Below, piece by piece: positions 11,625 through 21,642 of a DNA stretch of 64,000 bases. Made by a program: the position numbers and the translations under genes. Positions within the stretch are counted from its first letter, which is position 1; every line of letters starts with the position of its first letter. Below the pieces are notes generated by a model. It was not told the origin of the DNA. It made no database searches and worked only from the letters and a program-made list of their open reading frames with translations. The DNA lies in NCBI GenBank assembly GCA_009711785.1, contig VENA01000046.1, positions 2,934 to 66,933 of the forward strand, read 5' to 3'. This stretch comes from Bacillota bacterium. GTDB taxonomy: Bacteria; Bacillota; Clostridia; Tissierellales; MES13.

Positions 11625-12269
11625 GTGAGAAAAATTCAACTAACAGAAAGGCAAGAGAAGATAATAGATATAGTAAGGGATAATGAGCCTATAACAAGTG
11701 AAAATATTGCAAAAAAGTTAAAACTTACAAGAGCTACCTTAAGACCTGATCTTTCGATATTAACAATGAGTGGTATTTTAGATGCTAGACCAAAGGTAGG
11801 ATACTTTTATTCTGGCAAATCGAATATAAACTTATTTTTAGATAAAATTAATAGTATTAAGGTATCTGAAATAAAGTCAGTACCTGTTGTTGTAGATGAA
11901 GAAACCACTGTTTATGATGCTATTGTAACTTTGTTTTTAGAAGATGTCGGAACAATTTTTGTTATAACTGATGGTTTATTATCAGGTGTAGTTTCAAGAA
12001 AAGACTTTTTAAAAAATGCAATAGGTGGAATTGATATACATAAGATTCCAGTAGGTGTAATTATGAATAGGATGCCTAATATAGTTTTGACTTTTCCAGA
12101 TGAGTCAATTTTAGATGCAGCTATAAAATTAATTGACCACGAAATTGATAGTGTTCCTGTAGTTGAAGAAATACAAAATGATAATAAAGTTAAAGGATAC
12201 AAGGTAATAGGTAGAATTTCTAAAACTAATATAACTAATGTATTTGTTGATTTAGGTATACAAGGTTAG
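11625..12269 (+). CDS. ccpN: CcpN-like HTH-CBS transcriptional regulator
   Basis: TRATLRPDLSILTMSG.LDARPKVGY HTH plus CBS pair; glyS-ccpN-yqfL synteny. Confidence 0.9.
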   Translation: MRKIQLTERQEKIIDIVRDNEPITSENIAKKLKLTRATLRPDLSILTMSGILDARPKVGYFYSGKSNINLFLDKINSIKVSEIKSVPVVVDEETTVYDAIVTLFLEDVGTIFVITDGLLSGVVSRKDFLKNAIGGIDIHKIPVGVIMNRMPNIVLTFPDESILDAAIKLIDHEIDSVPVVEEIQNDNKVKGYKVIGRISKTNITNVFVDLGIQG

Positions 12270-12278
12270 GAGGTAATT

Positions 12279-13094
12279 ATGAATAAAAATACTGTTGTTT
12301 ATGTTTTATCAGATTCAATAGGAGAAACAGGTGAACAGGTTGCTAAAGCAGCTGTAAGTCAATTCAACTCAGGAAAATATGAAACAAGAAGGTTTCCATA
12401 TATTACTGAAGAGAAACAGATAATTGAAATATTAGAAGAAGCAAAGGAAGAAAATTGTATTATAGTATTTACTATAGTAGTAGAAGAATTGAGAAATATA
12501 CTTATTGAGAAAGCTAAAGAATATGAGATTAAAGCTATAGATTTAATGGAACCTATACTTGAAGGGCTAAAATCAGTAGTCGGATCATCACCTAAAAGAG
12601 AGCCAGGATTGATAAGAAGACTAGATGAGAAATATTTTAGAAAAGTAGAAGCTGTTGAATTTGCAGTTAAATATGATGATGGAAAAGATTCAAGAGGTAT
12701 AAAGAAAGCAGATATAGTTTTAATAGGAGTTTCTAGAACTTCTAAAACACCTTTAAGTATGTATTTAGCCCATAGAAATATTAAGGTGGCAAATGTACCA
12801 TTAATTCCAGAAGTTACAGCACCAAAAGAGTTATTTGACATAGATCCTAAAAAAATAATTGGTTTAACGGCAAATCCTATAAAACTAAATGAAATTAGAC
12901 AGGAAAGATTAAAAGCATTAGGTTTAAATGATACAGCAAATTACGCTAGTATGGAAAGAATATTAAGTGAAATTGAATATGCAGAGGAGTTAATGAAAAA
13001 GTTAAAGTGTACAGTTATTGATGTCTCTAATAAAGCTGTAGAAGAAACTGCAAGCTTAATATTTGAAATGATAAGAGATGATGAAATAAGTTAA
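12279..13094 (+). CDS. Pyruvate,phosphate/water dikinase regulatory protein (DUF299, YqfL/PpsR)
   Basis: SDSIGET, YDDGKD, GVSRTSKTPLS, KAVEETA. Confidence 0.95.
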   Translation: MNKNTVVYVLSDSIGETGEQVAKAAVSQFNSGKYETRRFPYITEEKQIIEILEEAKEENCIIVFTIVVEELRNILIEKAKEYEIKAIDLMEPILEGLKSVVGSSPKREPGLIRRLDEKYFRKVEAVEFAVKYDDGKDSRGIKKADIVLIGVSRTSKTPLSMYLAHRNIKVANVPLIPEVTAPKELFDIDPKKIIGLTANPIKLNEIRQERLKALGLNDTANYASMERILSEIEYAEELMKKLKCTVIDVSNKAVEETASLIFEMIRDDEIS

Positions 13095-13114
13095 ACGGCC
13101 CTTGGCCGTTTTTT
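13093..13114 (+). terminator. Rho-independent terminator
   Basis: AAACGGCC-CTT-GGCCGTTT followed by T-run. Confidence 0.75.
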
Positions 13115-13229
13115 ATCTTTATAAATAGTAAATTAACATTATTTAATAATTAAATTAAAGGAAATTTGGTATATTTGTTGTATTTATAAATACAATATAT
13201 TTTAGAACAAATAAAAAAAGAAAGGGAGC

Positions 13230-14240
13230 ATGTATGTGAATATAAGGTTGAATACAGAAAAAATTGAAAGAGATATCTTATGTAAAACTGCTACCTTAAG
13301 TTCAGATTCAAAGGGAAGGGAAAAAAGAGAAAAAAAATGTTCAATAAGAACTGAATTTCAAAGAGATAGAGATAGAATAATTCACTCTAAAGCATTTCGA
13401 CGATTAAAACATAAAACTCAAGTTTTTATAGCTCCAGAAAGTGATCATTATAGGACACGATTAACTCACACGTTAGAGGTTAACCAAATATCAAGAACAT
13501 TAGCAAGAGCTTTAAAGTTAAATGAAGATTTAACTGAAGCTATAGCTTTAGGACATGATTTAGGGCATACTCCGTTTGGACACACAGGTGAACAAATTCT
13601 AGATAAACTCCATACAGGAGGATTTAAACATAATGAACAAAGCCTTAGGATAGTAGATTATCTAGAATTTAGAAGAGGTAAAAGAGGATTAAATTTAACA
13701 TACGAAGTAAGAGATGGGGTATTAAAACATACAGGTGAAAATAGTCCCAGCACTTTAGAGGGGCAAATTGTTAAAATAGCAGATAGAATAGCCTATATAA
13801 ACCATGATATAGATGATTCAATAAGAGCAGAGATTTTATCTATAAATGATTTACCAAAAGATTGTTTGAATATTTTAGGTGCTAATCACGGTGAAAGAAT
13901 AAATACTATGATAGTAGATATTATAAATAACAGTTATGGGAAAACAGAAATAAACATGAGTAAAAAAATTTTGTATTATACAAATAAGTTAAGAAAATTT
14001 ATGTTTGAAAATGTGTATTTGAATAAAAATGCAAAAAAGCAGGATGATAAGGCTGCATATGTATTAGAACAGTTATATAGTTATTATATGAAAAACTTTA
14101 AAGAGATTCCTTTAGAATTAAGGGAATGCAAGAAATCTAAGGAAGATGTTGTATGTTATTATATTGCAGGTATGACTGATAAATATGCTATTAATCTTTT
14201 TAACAAAATTTTTGTGCCAACTCCGTGGAGGAGAAACTAA
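13230..14240 (+). CDS. dgt: Deoxyguanosinetriphosphate triphosphohydrolase-like protein
   Basis: FQRDRDRIIHS.AFRRLKHKTQVF, RTRLTHTLEV, GHDLGHTPFGH, AGMTD. Confidence 0.93.
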   Translation: MYVNIRLNTEKIERDILCKTATLSSDSKGREKREKKCSIRTEFQRDRDRIIHSKAFRRLKHKTQVFIAPESDHYRTRLTHTLEVNQISRTLARALKLNEDLTEAIALGHDLGHTPFGHTGEQILDKLHTGGFKHNEQSLRIVDYLEFRRGKRGLNLTYEVRDGVLKHTGENSPSTLEGQIVKIADRIAYINHDIDDSIRAEILSINDLPKDCLNILGANHGERINTMIVDIINNSYGKTEINMSKKILYYTNKLRKFMFENVYLNKNAKKQDDKAAYVLEQLYSYYMKNFKEIPLELRECKKSKEDVVCYYIAGMTDKYAINLFNKIFVPTPWRRN

Positions 14241-14255
14241 AAAAATAAAAAAAGA

Positions 14256-14280
14256 AGGAAAAAGTAATTTTATGTCGAAT
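14256..14280 (+). promoter_or_regulatory. Sigma-H-type promoter with an overlapping Spo0A box, upstream of yqxD
   Basis: AGGA-N17-GAAT; TGTCGAA at 14273-14279. Confidence 0.6.
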
Positions 14281-14321
14281 ATATATTTTTGGGAATTTCT
14301 TGACGTATAAGGAATGATTTT

Positions 14322-14765
14322 ATGAAAATTTTAGTAGATGCAGATTCATGTCCAGTTAAGGATATAATAATTGAGTTAGGAGTAGACTATAATCTAGAAG
14401 TGTATTTTGTAACAAATATTAACCATATAATAGAAGTGGGTGATAAAGCTAATACAATCATAGTTGATAATCATAGTCAAGCAGCCGATATTGCAATTAT
14501 TAATAAAGCTGAACAAGGTGATATAGTAATAACGAATGATTACGGATTAGCTTCAATGGCTTTATCTAAAAAATGTTTTAGTATATCAGCAAGAGGATAT
14601 ATATATAACAATAAGAATATAAACAATTTGTTGAATACAAGACACATAACTATGAAATTGAGAAAAAGTAATAAATGTAAAATAAAAGGACCAAGAAAAA
14701 GAAAAAATGCAGATGATAATAAGTTTAAAAAGAATTTAGAATTGTTGATACTAAAAAATGGATAG
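14322..14765 (+). CDS. YaiI/YqxD family protein (DUF188)
   Basis: MKILVDADSCPVK, DIVITNDYGLA; upstream of dnaG. Confidence 0.92.
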   Translation: MKILVDADSCPVKDIIIELGVDYNLEVYFVTNINHIIEVGDKANTIIVDNHSQAADIAIINKAEQGDIVITNDYGLASMALSKKCFSISARGYIYNNKNINNLLNTRHITMKLRKSNKCKIKGPRKRKNADDNKFKKNLELLILKNG

Positions 14766-14786
14766 TAATAGTTTTTGAAAATAGGA

Positions 14787-14811
14787 AGGGAAACGTCAAT
14801 TTTTGACGAAT
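14787..14811 (+). promoter_or_regulatory. Sigma-H-type promoter with an overlapping Spo0A-like box, upstream of dnaG
   Basis: AGGG-N17-GAAT; TGACGAA at 14804-14810. Confidence 0.5.
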
Positions 14812-14824
14812 AGATTATATAAAG

Positions 14825-16663
14825 GTGGTATATATGACATATACCTTCTCGGAGGAGACCATAGAAGAAATAAGAGAAAAAAATGATATTGTTGATGTTA
14901 TATCAGAATATATTAGTTTAAAAAGGACAGGCTCAAATTATAAAGGACTATGTCCTTTTCATAATGAAAAGACACCTTCCTTTGTTGTATCTCCATCAAA
15001 ACAGATTTTTCATTGTTTTGGTTGTAATGAAGGTGGAGATGTCATTAAATTTATTATGGAGTATCAGAATCTTGATTTTATAGAAGCATTACAATTATTA
15101 GCTGAAAGAGTAAATATTAATTTAGATGATAAGAAGTTAAAAAGAAATAGTAAAGAAGATAAAAGAAGAAAAAGATTATTTGAAATTAATAGAGAAGCAG
15201 CCATTTATTTTTATAAAAATCTTTTTAATAATAAAAAAGCATATAACTATTTACTAAATAGAGGTATAGATATAAAAACTATAAAGTCATTTGGTTTAGG
15301 ATATGCTAAACCTGATTGGGAAGATTTAAAAAAACATCTAAAGACTAGAGGATTTAAAGAAAATGAAATATCGGAAGTTGGACTAATTATTAAAAGAAAA
15401 CAGAAAGAAGGATATTTTGATAGATTTAGAGATAGAATAATATTCCCTATAATTAATACAAGGAATAATGTTATTGGATTTGGAGGTAGAGTTTTAGATA
15501 ATTCACAACCGAAATATTTGAATTCTCCTGATACACCAGTTTTTAATAAAGGAAAAAATCTTTATGGATTAAATATAATTAAAAAAAATAAGAATGATAA
15601 AATCCTTTTAGTTGAAGGTTATATGGATGTAATTTCTCTTTTTAAATACGGAATAAATTATGCAGTTGCTTCTTTAGGCACAGCATTAACCAAAGATCAA
15701 GCGAAATTATTAAATAGATATGGAAAGAGATTTTATATTTGTTATGATTCAGATAAAGCAGGACAGTTAGCAACAGACAAAGCTTTAGAAATTTTATATT
15801 CACAAGGGATAAAAGCTCAAGTTATTTTATTACCAGAAAGTAAAGATCCCGACGATTATATTAAGGATAATGGTAAAGAAGGTTTTAATAAACTTTTAGA
15901 AAAATCTTTAGATTATATAGATTTTAAAATATATTATTACAAAAAAATATATGATATAAATACTGTTGAAGGTAGTATTAATTTCACAAAAAAAATCACA
16001 AATTTACTTAAAAAAATAAAAAGCACAATAGAAATTGATGTTTATATAAACAAGATAGCTGAAGAAACAAATATATCAAAGGAAGCAATAAAAAAAGAAA
16101 TTTACAGAAACAAAAAACCTTATACTAAAAATAGGGAAAAGGACAAGTATATATATAATAATTATAGAAATAATAATAGTAAAGAAAAAATAGTTCCTGT
16201 AAATTATACATTAGAGCCAGGACACTTAACAGCAGAGAGAAATTTAATAAATTTAATTATAAAGGATAAAACTATATATAATAAGATAAAAGATGAAATC
16301 AAACCAAAGGACTTTTTTAATAATGTATATAGAAAATTAGCTGAAACAATATATAACAAGTATAATGAAAATGATGATATGAAATTTGATTATGTTAAAG
16401 ATAAATTTGAAAAAAAAGATTTAGAAAAAGTAAAAGAAACTTTTGATATGGAAAACCCTATGGAAGGCAGCGAAAAAATAAAGGCTGTACGAGATTATAT
16501 AGATAAGATTAATTATTATAAATTAAAGCTAAAAAAACAGGATATAAAAGAAAAATTAAAACAATATGAAAAAAATGAAAGTAAAGAAGGAGATGTTGAA
16601 AAATTCAATCAATTATGCCTACAACTTATAAGTATAGAAAAACAATTAAAATTACATCAATAG
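14825..16663 (+). CDS. dnaG: DNA primase
   Basis: CPFHNEKTPSF zinc finger, PKYLNSPDT, VEGYMDV and YDSDKAG TOPRIM motifs; true start may be ATG 14834. Confidence 0.97.
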   Translation: MVYMTYTFSEETIEEIREKNDIVDVISEYISLKRTGSNYKGLCPFHNEKTPSFVVSPSKQIFHCFGCNEGGDVIKFIMEYQNLDFIEALQLLAERVNINLDDKKLKRNSKEDKRRKRLFEINREAAIYFYKNLFNNKKAYNYLLNRGIDIKTIKSFGLGYAKPDWEDLKKHLKTRGFKENEISEVGLIIKRKQKEGYFDRFRDRIIFPIINTRNNVIGFGGRVLDNSQPKYLNSPDTPVFNKGKNLYGLNIIKKNKNDKILLVEGYMDVISLFKYGINYAVASLGTALTKDQAKLLNRYGKRFYICYDSDKAGQLATDKALEILYSQGIKAQVILLPESKDPDDYIKDNGKEGFNKLLEKSLDYIDFKIYYYKKIYDINTVEGSINFTKKITNLLKKIKSTIEIDVYINKIAEETNISKEAIKKEIYRNKKPYTKNREKDKYIYNNYRNNNSKEKIVPVNYTLEPGHLTAERNLINLIIKDKTIYNKIKDEIKPKDFFNNVYRKLAETIYNKYNENDDMKFDYVKDKFEKKDLEKVKETFDMENPMEGSEKIKAVRDYIDKINYYKLKLKKQDIKEKLKQYEKNESKEGDVEKFNQLCLQLISIEKQLKLHQ

Positions 16664-16687
16664 ATTTTTCGGAAGGAGGTAAAGAGA

Positions 16688-17809
16688 ATGAGTAAGAAGA
16701 AAAAAAACAATAATAAAAAGCAACAGATGGAAATAGTTAAGAAGTTGATTGAAAAGGGTAAAAAGAAAGGTATTTTGACATATAAAGAAATAATGGATGC
16801 TCTTGAGGAAATATCATTAGACTCAGAACAAATAGATGATATATATGCAAGTTTAGAAGATATGGGCATAGAAATCCTTGGAGATAAAGATGATGTGTTA
16901 ATAGATGATGAAGATGATGATACTGATGATGATAAAGATGATAAAAGTACTGAATCAATTATAACTATACCTAAAGGTATAAATGTTGATGATCCTGTTA
17001 GAATGTATTTAAAAGAGATAGGAAAGGTACCATTATTAACCGCTGATGAGGAGAAAGATCTAGCCCAAAAGATGGAAGAAGGAGACTTTTTAGCTAAAAG
17101 AAGATTAGCTGAAGCAAATTTAAGGTTAGTAGTTAGTATAGCTAAGAGATATGTTGGAAGAGGAATGCTATTTTTAGACCTAATCCAAGAAGGAAATATG
17201 GTACTAATGAAAGCAGTTGAAAAATTTGATTATAGAAAAGGATATAAGTTTAGTACCTATGCCACTTGGTGGATACGTCAAGCAATAACTAGAGCTATAG
17301 CAGACCAAGCAAGAACTATAAGAATCCCAGTTCATATGGTAGAGACTATAAATAAATTAATTAGAGTATCTAGACAACTATTACAGGATTTAGGTAGAGA
17401 ACCTACACCTGAAGAAATTGCTGAGGAAATGAACCTAGACGAAGAGAAGGTAAGAGAAATCATTAAAATAGCTCAGGAACCAGTATCTTTAGAGACTCCT
17501 ATAGGTGAAGAAGAAGATAGTCATTTAGGCGATTTTATACCGGATGATGATGCTCAGGCACCGTCTGAAGCAGCTACCTTTACCCTTTTAAAGGAACAAT
17601 TAGTTGATGTTTTAGATACACTTACACCAAGAGAACAAAAGGTTCTTAGGTTAAGATTTGGATTAGATGACGGAAGAGCTAGAACTTTAGAAGAAGTAGG
17701 AAAAGAATTTGATGTAACTCGAGAAAGAATTAGACAAATAGAAGCAAAAGCATTAAGAAAACTTAGACATCCAAGTAGAAGTAAAAAACTTAAAGATTTC
17801 TTAGAGTAA
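16688..17809 (+). CDS. sigA: Primary RNA polymerase sigma factor SigA/RpoD
   Basis: [72 protein letters not shown]. Confidence 0.98.
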   Translation: MSKKKKNNNKKQQMEIVKKLIEKGKKKGILTYKEIMDALEEISLDSEQIDDIYASLEDMGIEILGDKDDVLIDDEDDDTDDDKDDKSTESIITIPKGINVDDPVRMYLKEIGKVPLLTADEEKDLAQKMEEGDFLAKRRLAEANLRLVVSIAKRYVGRGMLFLDLIQEGNMVLMKAVEKFDYRKGYKFSTYATWWIRQAITRAIADQARTIRIPVHMVETINKLIRVSRQLLQDLGREPTPEEIAEEMNLDEEKVREIIKIAQEPVSLETPIGEEEDSHLGDFIPDDDAQAPSEAATFTLLKEQLVDVLDTLTPREQKVLRLRFGLDDGRARTLEEVGKEFDVTRERIRQIEAKALRKLRHPSRSKKLKDFLE

Positions 17810-17836
17810 GAATATTAAATGTTTTTTACTCTAATA

Positions 17837-17873
17837 TAATTAAAGATTCGTCCATAGGGCGAATCTTTAATTA
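17837..17873 (+). terminator. Long stem-loop after sigA
   Basis: TAATTAAAGATTCGTCC-ATA-GGGCGAATCTTTAATTA. Confidence 0.65.
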
Positions 17874-17894
17874 CTATTAGAAAAGGAGGATATT

Positions 17895-18605
17895 ATGAAA
17901 GGAATTAAATCAATATTATTTGATCTTGATGGCACTTTACTACCTATGGATATTGAAGAGTTTACCGAAAGTTATTTTAAAGAATTATCTAAGAAGTTAT
18001 CTGAATATTTTACTTATGAAGAACTTAAAAAATTAGTATGGACTTCTACAAAATATATGGTAAATAATTTAGAGGAAGATAAATTAAATATAGATGCTTT
18101 CTTTGAAGACTTTGATAAAAAAACAAATTATGATTTAGAGGAATTAAAACCTATATTTGATGAATTTTATAATGAAGATTTTAAAGTATTAAAAAATATT
18201 GCAAAGCCAAATGAAAAAATAGTGAAGTCAGTAAAGTTTTTAAAGGATAAAGGATATGAAATTATTTTAGCTACAAATCCTTTATTTCCAAAGGAGGCAA
18301 TATATCATAGAATACAATGGTCTGGTTTAAATAAAGAAGATTTTGTATTTATTACAACATATGAAAACATGCATTTTTGCAAACCTAATTTAGAATATTA
18401 CTCAGAAATACTTAATAAAATAGAAAGAAAACCTAGTGAAGTAATGATGGTTGGAAATGACATGCAGGAGGATATTATTGCTAGTGAATTAGGAATAAAA
18501 ACTTATCTTATAACTAATCATTTAATTAATAAAAAAAATACGAATCTTGTACCCCATTATAAAGGTACTATAGATGAGTTTTACGATTTCACTAAACAAC
18601 TATAA
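17895..18605 (+). CDS. HAD-superfamily hydrolase
   Basis: FDLDGTLL, ATNPLFP, KP and MVGND HAD motifs. Confidence 0.9.
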   Translation: MKGIKSILFDLDGTLLPMDIEEFTESYFKELSKKLSEYFTYEELKKLVWTSTKYMVNNLEEDKLNIDAFFEDFDKKTNYDLEELKPIFDEFYNEDFKVLKNIAKPNEKIVKSVKFLKDKGYEIILATNPLFPKEAIYHRIQWSGLNKEDFVFITTYENMHFCKPNLEYYSEILNKIERKPSEVMMVGNDMQEDIIASELGIKTYLITNHLINKKNTNLVPHYKGTIDEFYDFTKQL

Positions 18606-18624
18606 CTTTGATAAGGGGAATTAT

Positions 18625-19314
18625 ATGAGACTTTCACCAAGATTAAAAACGATTTCTAAATTTGTTGAAAAAGACACTATAGTAGCCGATATAGGTACAG
18701 ACCATGGATACATACCTGTTTATCTAATAGAAAAAGGAATAGCAAAAGAAGTTATTGCCAGTGATGTAAACAAAGCACCTTTAGAAAGTGCAAAGGGTTA
18801 TATTATTAAAAAAGGATTAGAAAATAAAATTGAAACAAGACTTGGAAATGGGTTAAAAGTTTTAAAGCCTAGGGAAGTAGATACAGTAATAATAGCTGGA
18901 ATGGGCGGTATTTTGATATCAGAAATTTTATCTGAATCTAGTTTGATAGTGAAAGATATTAAAAACTTTATATTACAGCCTATGGTCGCATCTGAGCAAT
19001 TAAGAAGATATTTGTATAATAACAATTTTAAAATAATAGATGAAAAATTATCAAAGGAAGATAATAGATATTATGAAATTATAAAAGTTCAATTAGGTAA
19101 GGACAATATTGAGGATCCAATATTTCTTGAAATAGGTAAAAAACTATTAGAAAATAAAGATCCATTATTAGATTCTTTCCTAGCTAAAAAACTTAAAAAA
19201 ATAAGAACAATTTTGAAAAACATAGAGGAAAATGGTAATATTAACAGAAATGATAAATATAATAAATTAAAAATAAAATATAATAAAATTAAAAGGATGA
19301 AGGAGTCTATATGA
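18625..19314 (+). CDS. trmK: tRNA (adenine22-N1)-methyltransferase
   Basis: LSPRL, ADIGTDHGYIP, IIAGMGG, ILQP; ATG 18625 after AAGGGG. Confidence 0.93.
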   Translation: MRLSPRLKTISKFVEKDTIVADIGTDHGYIPVYLIEKGIAKEVIASDVNKAPLESAKGYIIKKGLENKIETRLGNGLKVLKPREVDTVIIAGMGGILISEILSESSLIVKDIKNFILQPMVASEQLRRYLYNNNFKIIDEKLSKEDNRYYEIIKVQLGKDNIEDPIFLEIGKKLLENKDPLLDSFLAKKLKKIRTILKNIEENGNINRNDKYNKLKIKYNKIKRMKESI

Positions 19315-20408
19315 TTACAGAGGATATTATCCGGCTATTAAATATATTTGCACCTTATAAGCTAGATGAAAATGACTATTCAGGGTTGCAAATAGGGAGT
19401 TTAAAAAAAAGAATAAAAAAGGTTTTGTTAGCCTTAGATATAACACAGGATGTTTTAAATGAAGCAATAGAAAATAGTACAGATATTATAATAACTCATC
19501 ATCCACTATTTTATGAAAGTATTAATAATATAAATAATGACACTGTTAAAGGAAAACTAATATCAAGTATAGTAAAAAATAATATAAGTGTTTATACAGC
19601 TCATAGTAATTTAGATATTTCTCCAGGAGGAATAAATGATAAACTTACAAAATTATTAGATATAAAAAATTCAGAGATAATAAAGGAAATGTTAGTTAAA
19701 AAATTATATAAAATAGTTGTATTTGTACCTTATAAACATGCAGAGGAATTAAGAGAAGTGATTTCTAAAAAAGGAGCAGGTTGGATAGGGAATTATAGTC
19801 ACTGTAGCTTTAATGTAGAGGGAATAGGAACTTTTATGCCTAGAGAGAATACAAATCCTTATATAGGAAAAAAAGATAAATTAGAAAAGGTGTGGGAAGT
19901 AAGAATAGAGACTATAGTTACAGAAGATATCTTAGAAGATGTATTATCAATTATGATTAAGAAACATCCTTATGAAGAGGTTGCTTATGATATATATCCA
20001 TTAATCAATAAAACAAAAGTTTATGGTATAGGACGTATAGGTAATATTCAACCAACAAAATTAAAGGATTTTGCACAAAAGGTTAAAAAGAATTTAGATT
20101 GTGGAAATGTTAAAGTTTATGGTAAAATAGACAAAACGATTGAAAGGGTTGCTGTTTGTGGAGGTAGTGGTTCTGATTTAATAAATATTGTTAATGATAA
20201 AGGGGCTGACGCTTATATAACAGGAGATATTAGACCAGAAGATGCAAAAAAAGCTTTAGACTTAGGATTAAATCTTATAGATGCTAATTATTATAATACA
20301 GAAAAAATAATATTACCTGTAATAAAACAATTCTTAGAAAGCGAAACCAGTAATTTAGAAATTTCTGTTTCAGAATTTGATAATATTGCGCCTTTTTCAA
20401 TAATATAA
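19311..20408 (+). CDS. Nif3/YqfO-like protein with PII-like insertion
   Basis: ITHHPLF, AHSNLD, GAGWIGNYSHCSF, HPYEEVAYD; follows trmK. Confidence 0.9.
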   Translation: MITEDIIRLLNIFAPYKLDENDYSGLQIGSLKKRIKKVLLALDITQDVLNEAIENSTDIIITHHPLFYESINNINNDTVKGKLISSIVKNNISVYTAHSNLDISPGGINDKLTKLLDIKNSEIIKEMLVKKLYKIVVFVPYKHAEELREVISKKGAGWIGNYSHCSFNVEGIGTFMPRENTNPYIGKKDKLEKVWEVRIETIVTEDILEDVLSIMIKKHPYEEVAYDIYPLINKTKVYGIGRIGNIQPTKLKDFAQKVKKNLDCGNVKVYGKIDKTIERVAVCGGSGSDLINIVNDKGADAYITGDIRPEDAKKALDLGLNLIDANYYNTEKIILPVIKQFLESETSNLEISVSEFDNIAPFSII

Positions 20409-20435
20409 ACATGAAGAGTCGCTAGGAGGTATAAC

Positions 20436-21155
20436 GTGAATCAACTAAAACTTTTATGGCAATTACAAAATTATGATAATAGGTTAACAGAAATAGAAGA
20501 AGAAAAAGAAAATTTAATGGATGAAAAGGACATAGAAGATTTAAATGTGAAATTAATGCAAATTAAATATGATTTAATGAATAAAAAAACTCAATTTGAA
20601 GTTGATAATGAAAAAATTGAAAGACATAACAAAAAATTAAAGGAAATAAATTATAGTATAAAACAAATCGATAATAAACTTTATGGAGGAGATATATCAA
20701 ATATTAAACATTTAGAGAAATTGCAACAAGAAGATACTGAACTAAAAGAGACAGCAAATAATTTAGAAACAGATATACTTACTTTAATGGAAGATATAGA
20801 AAAAACAGATAAAGAAATATTAGTACTTGATAAAGAATATAAAAGTTTAGTTAAAACCATAGATAAAATTAAGGAAGAAAAGGATGAAAAGCTAAAAGCA
20901 TTAACTAAAGAAATTGAAGAAATAGAGAATAATCATAAAGATATCATAAAAAAGTTAGATGATGATATGTTAAGAAGATATAAGAAATTAAAAAGTAGAA
21001 AAGGTAAAGCTGTCGTTAAAGTGATAGGTGATAAATGTACAGGCTGTCATATGAATATACCTCTTTCTACTTTATCTAAAATAAAATCAAACAGTAAAAT
21101 TCATTTCTGTGACAATTGTGGTAGAATATTATACTATGTAATGGAAGAGAATTAA
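20436..21155 (+). CDS. Coiled-coil protein with C-terminal C4 zinc ribbon (DUF164-type)
   Basis: Long heptad region, then CTGCHM and CDNCGRILY. Confidence 0.88.
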   Translation: MNQLKLLWQLQNYDNRLTEIEEEKENLMDEKDIEDLNVKLMQIKYDLMNKKTQFEVDNEKIERHNKKLKEINYSIKQIDNKLYGGDISNIKHLEKLQQEDTELKETANNLETDILTLMEDIEKTDKEILVLDKEYKSLVKTIDKIKEEKDEKLKALTKEIEEIENNHKDIIKKLDDDMLRRYKKLKSRKGKAVVKVIGDKCTGCHMNIPLSTLSKIKSNSKIHFCDNCGRILYYVMEEN

Positions 21156-21188
21156 TTATTATTATAAATATTAAAATAAAAAAAGCAG

Positions 21189-21217
21189 TTGACATAATCT
21201 TAATAACATGCTATACT
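21189..21217 (+). promoter_or_regulatory. Sigma-A promoter of rnpB
   Basis: TTGACA-N17-TATACT, with TG extension. Confidence 0.8.
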
Positions 21218-21242
21218 AGTTTGTACTGAAATAAAAAAAGAA

Positions 21243-21582
21243 TTGAGTAAGTCAAACAGTCGCATGCATTTTGCATGAGGAAAGTCCGAGCTCCATAGAG
21301 CACAGATGCTGGATAACGTCCAGTGGGGGCGACCCTAAGGATAGTGCAACAGAGATATACCGCCTGATTATTTCAGGTAAGGGTGGAAAGGCGAGGTAAG
21401 AGCTCACCAGTAACTAGGTGACTAGTTAGCTATGTAAACCCCATCTGGAGCAAGACCAAGTAGAGACGATGAAAAGTAGCTGCTCGCTACTGTCTCGTAG
21501 GTAGGTCGCTTGAACTTATTGGCAACGATAAGTCTAGATAGATGACTGTTTAATACAGAACTCGGCTCATAGATTTACTCAA
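21243..21582 (+). ncRNA. rnpB: RNase P RNA (bacterial type A)
   Basis: GAGGAAAGTCCGAGCTC and ACAGAACTCGGCT P4 signature, AGTGCAACAGA, GGTAAGGGTGGAAAGG; ends pair (TTGAGTAA/TTACTCAA). Confidence 0.97.
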
Positions 21583-21593
21583 TATATTTTACT

Positions 21594-21622
21594 TACACTA
21601 CGTAATGACGTAGTGTATTTTT
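21594..21622 (+). terminator. Terminator after rnpB
   Basis: TACACTACGT-AATG-ACGTAGTGTA followed by TTTTT. Confidence 0.8.
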
Positions 21623-21642
21623 AATATAAAAGGAAGGTTATT

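Noticed and set aside
16880-16945. GAT trinucleotide-like run in sigA
   Set aside because: Ordinary acidic linker after region 1.1; imperfect and in frame.
17810-17894. Possible tRNA or ncRNA after sigA
   Set aside because: Only one long hairpin; no cloverleaf or TTCGA T-loop motif.
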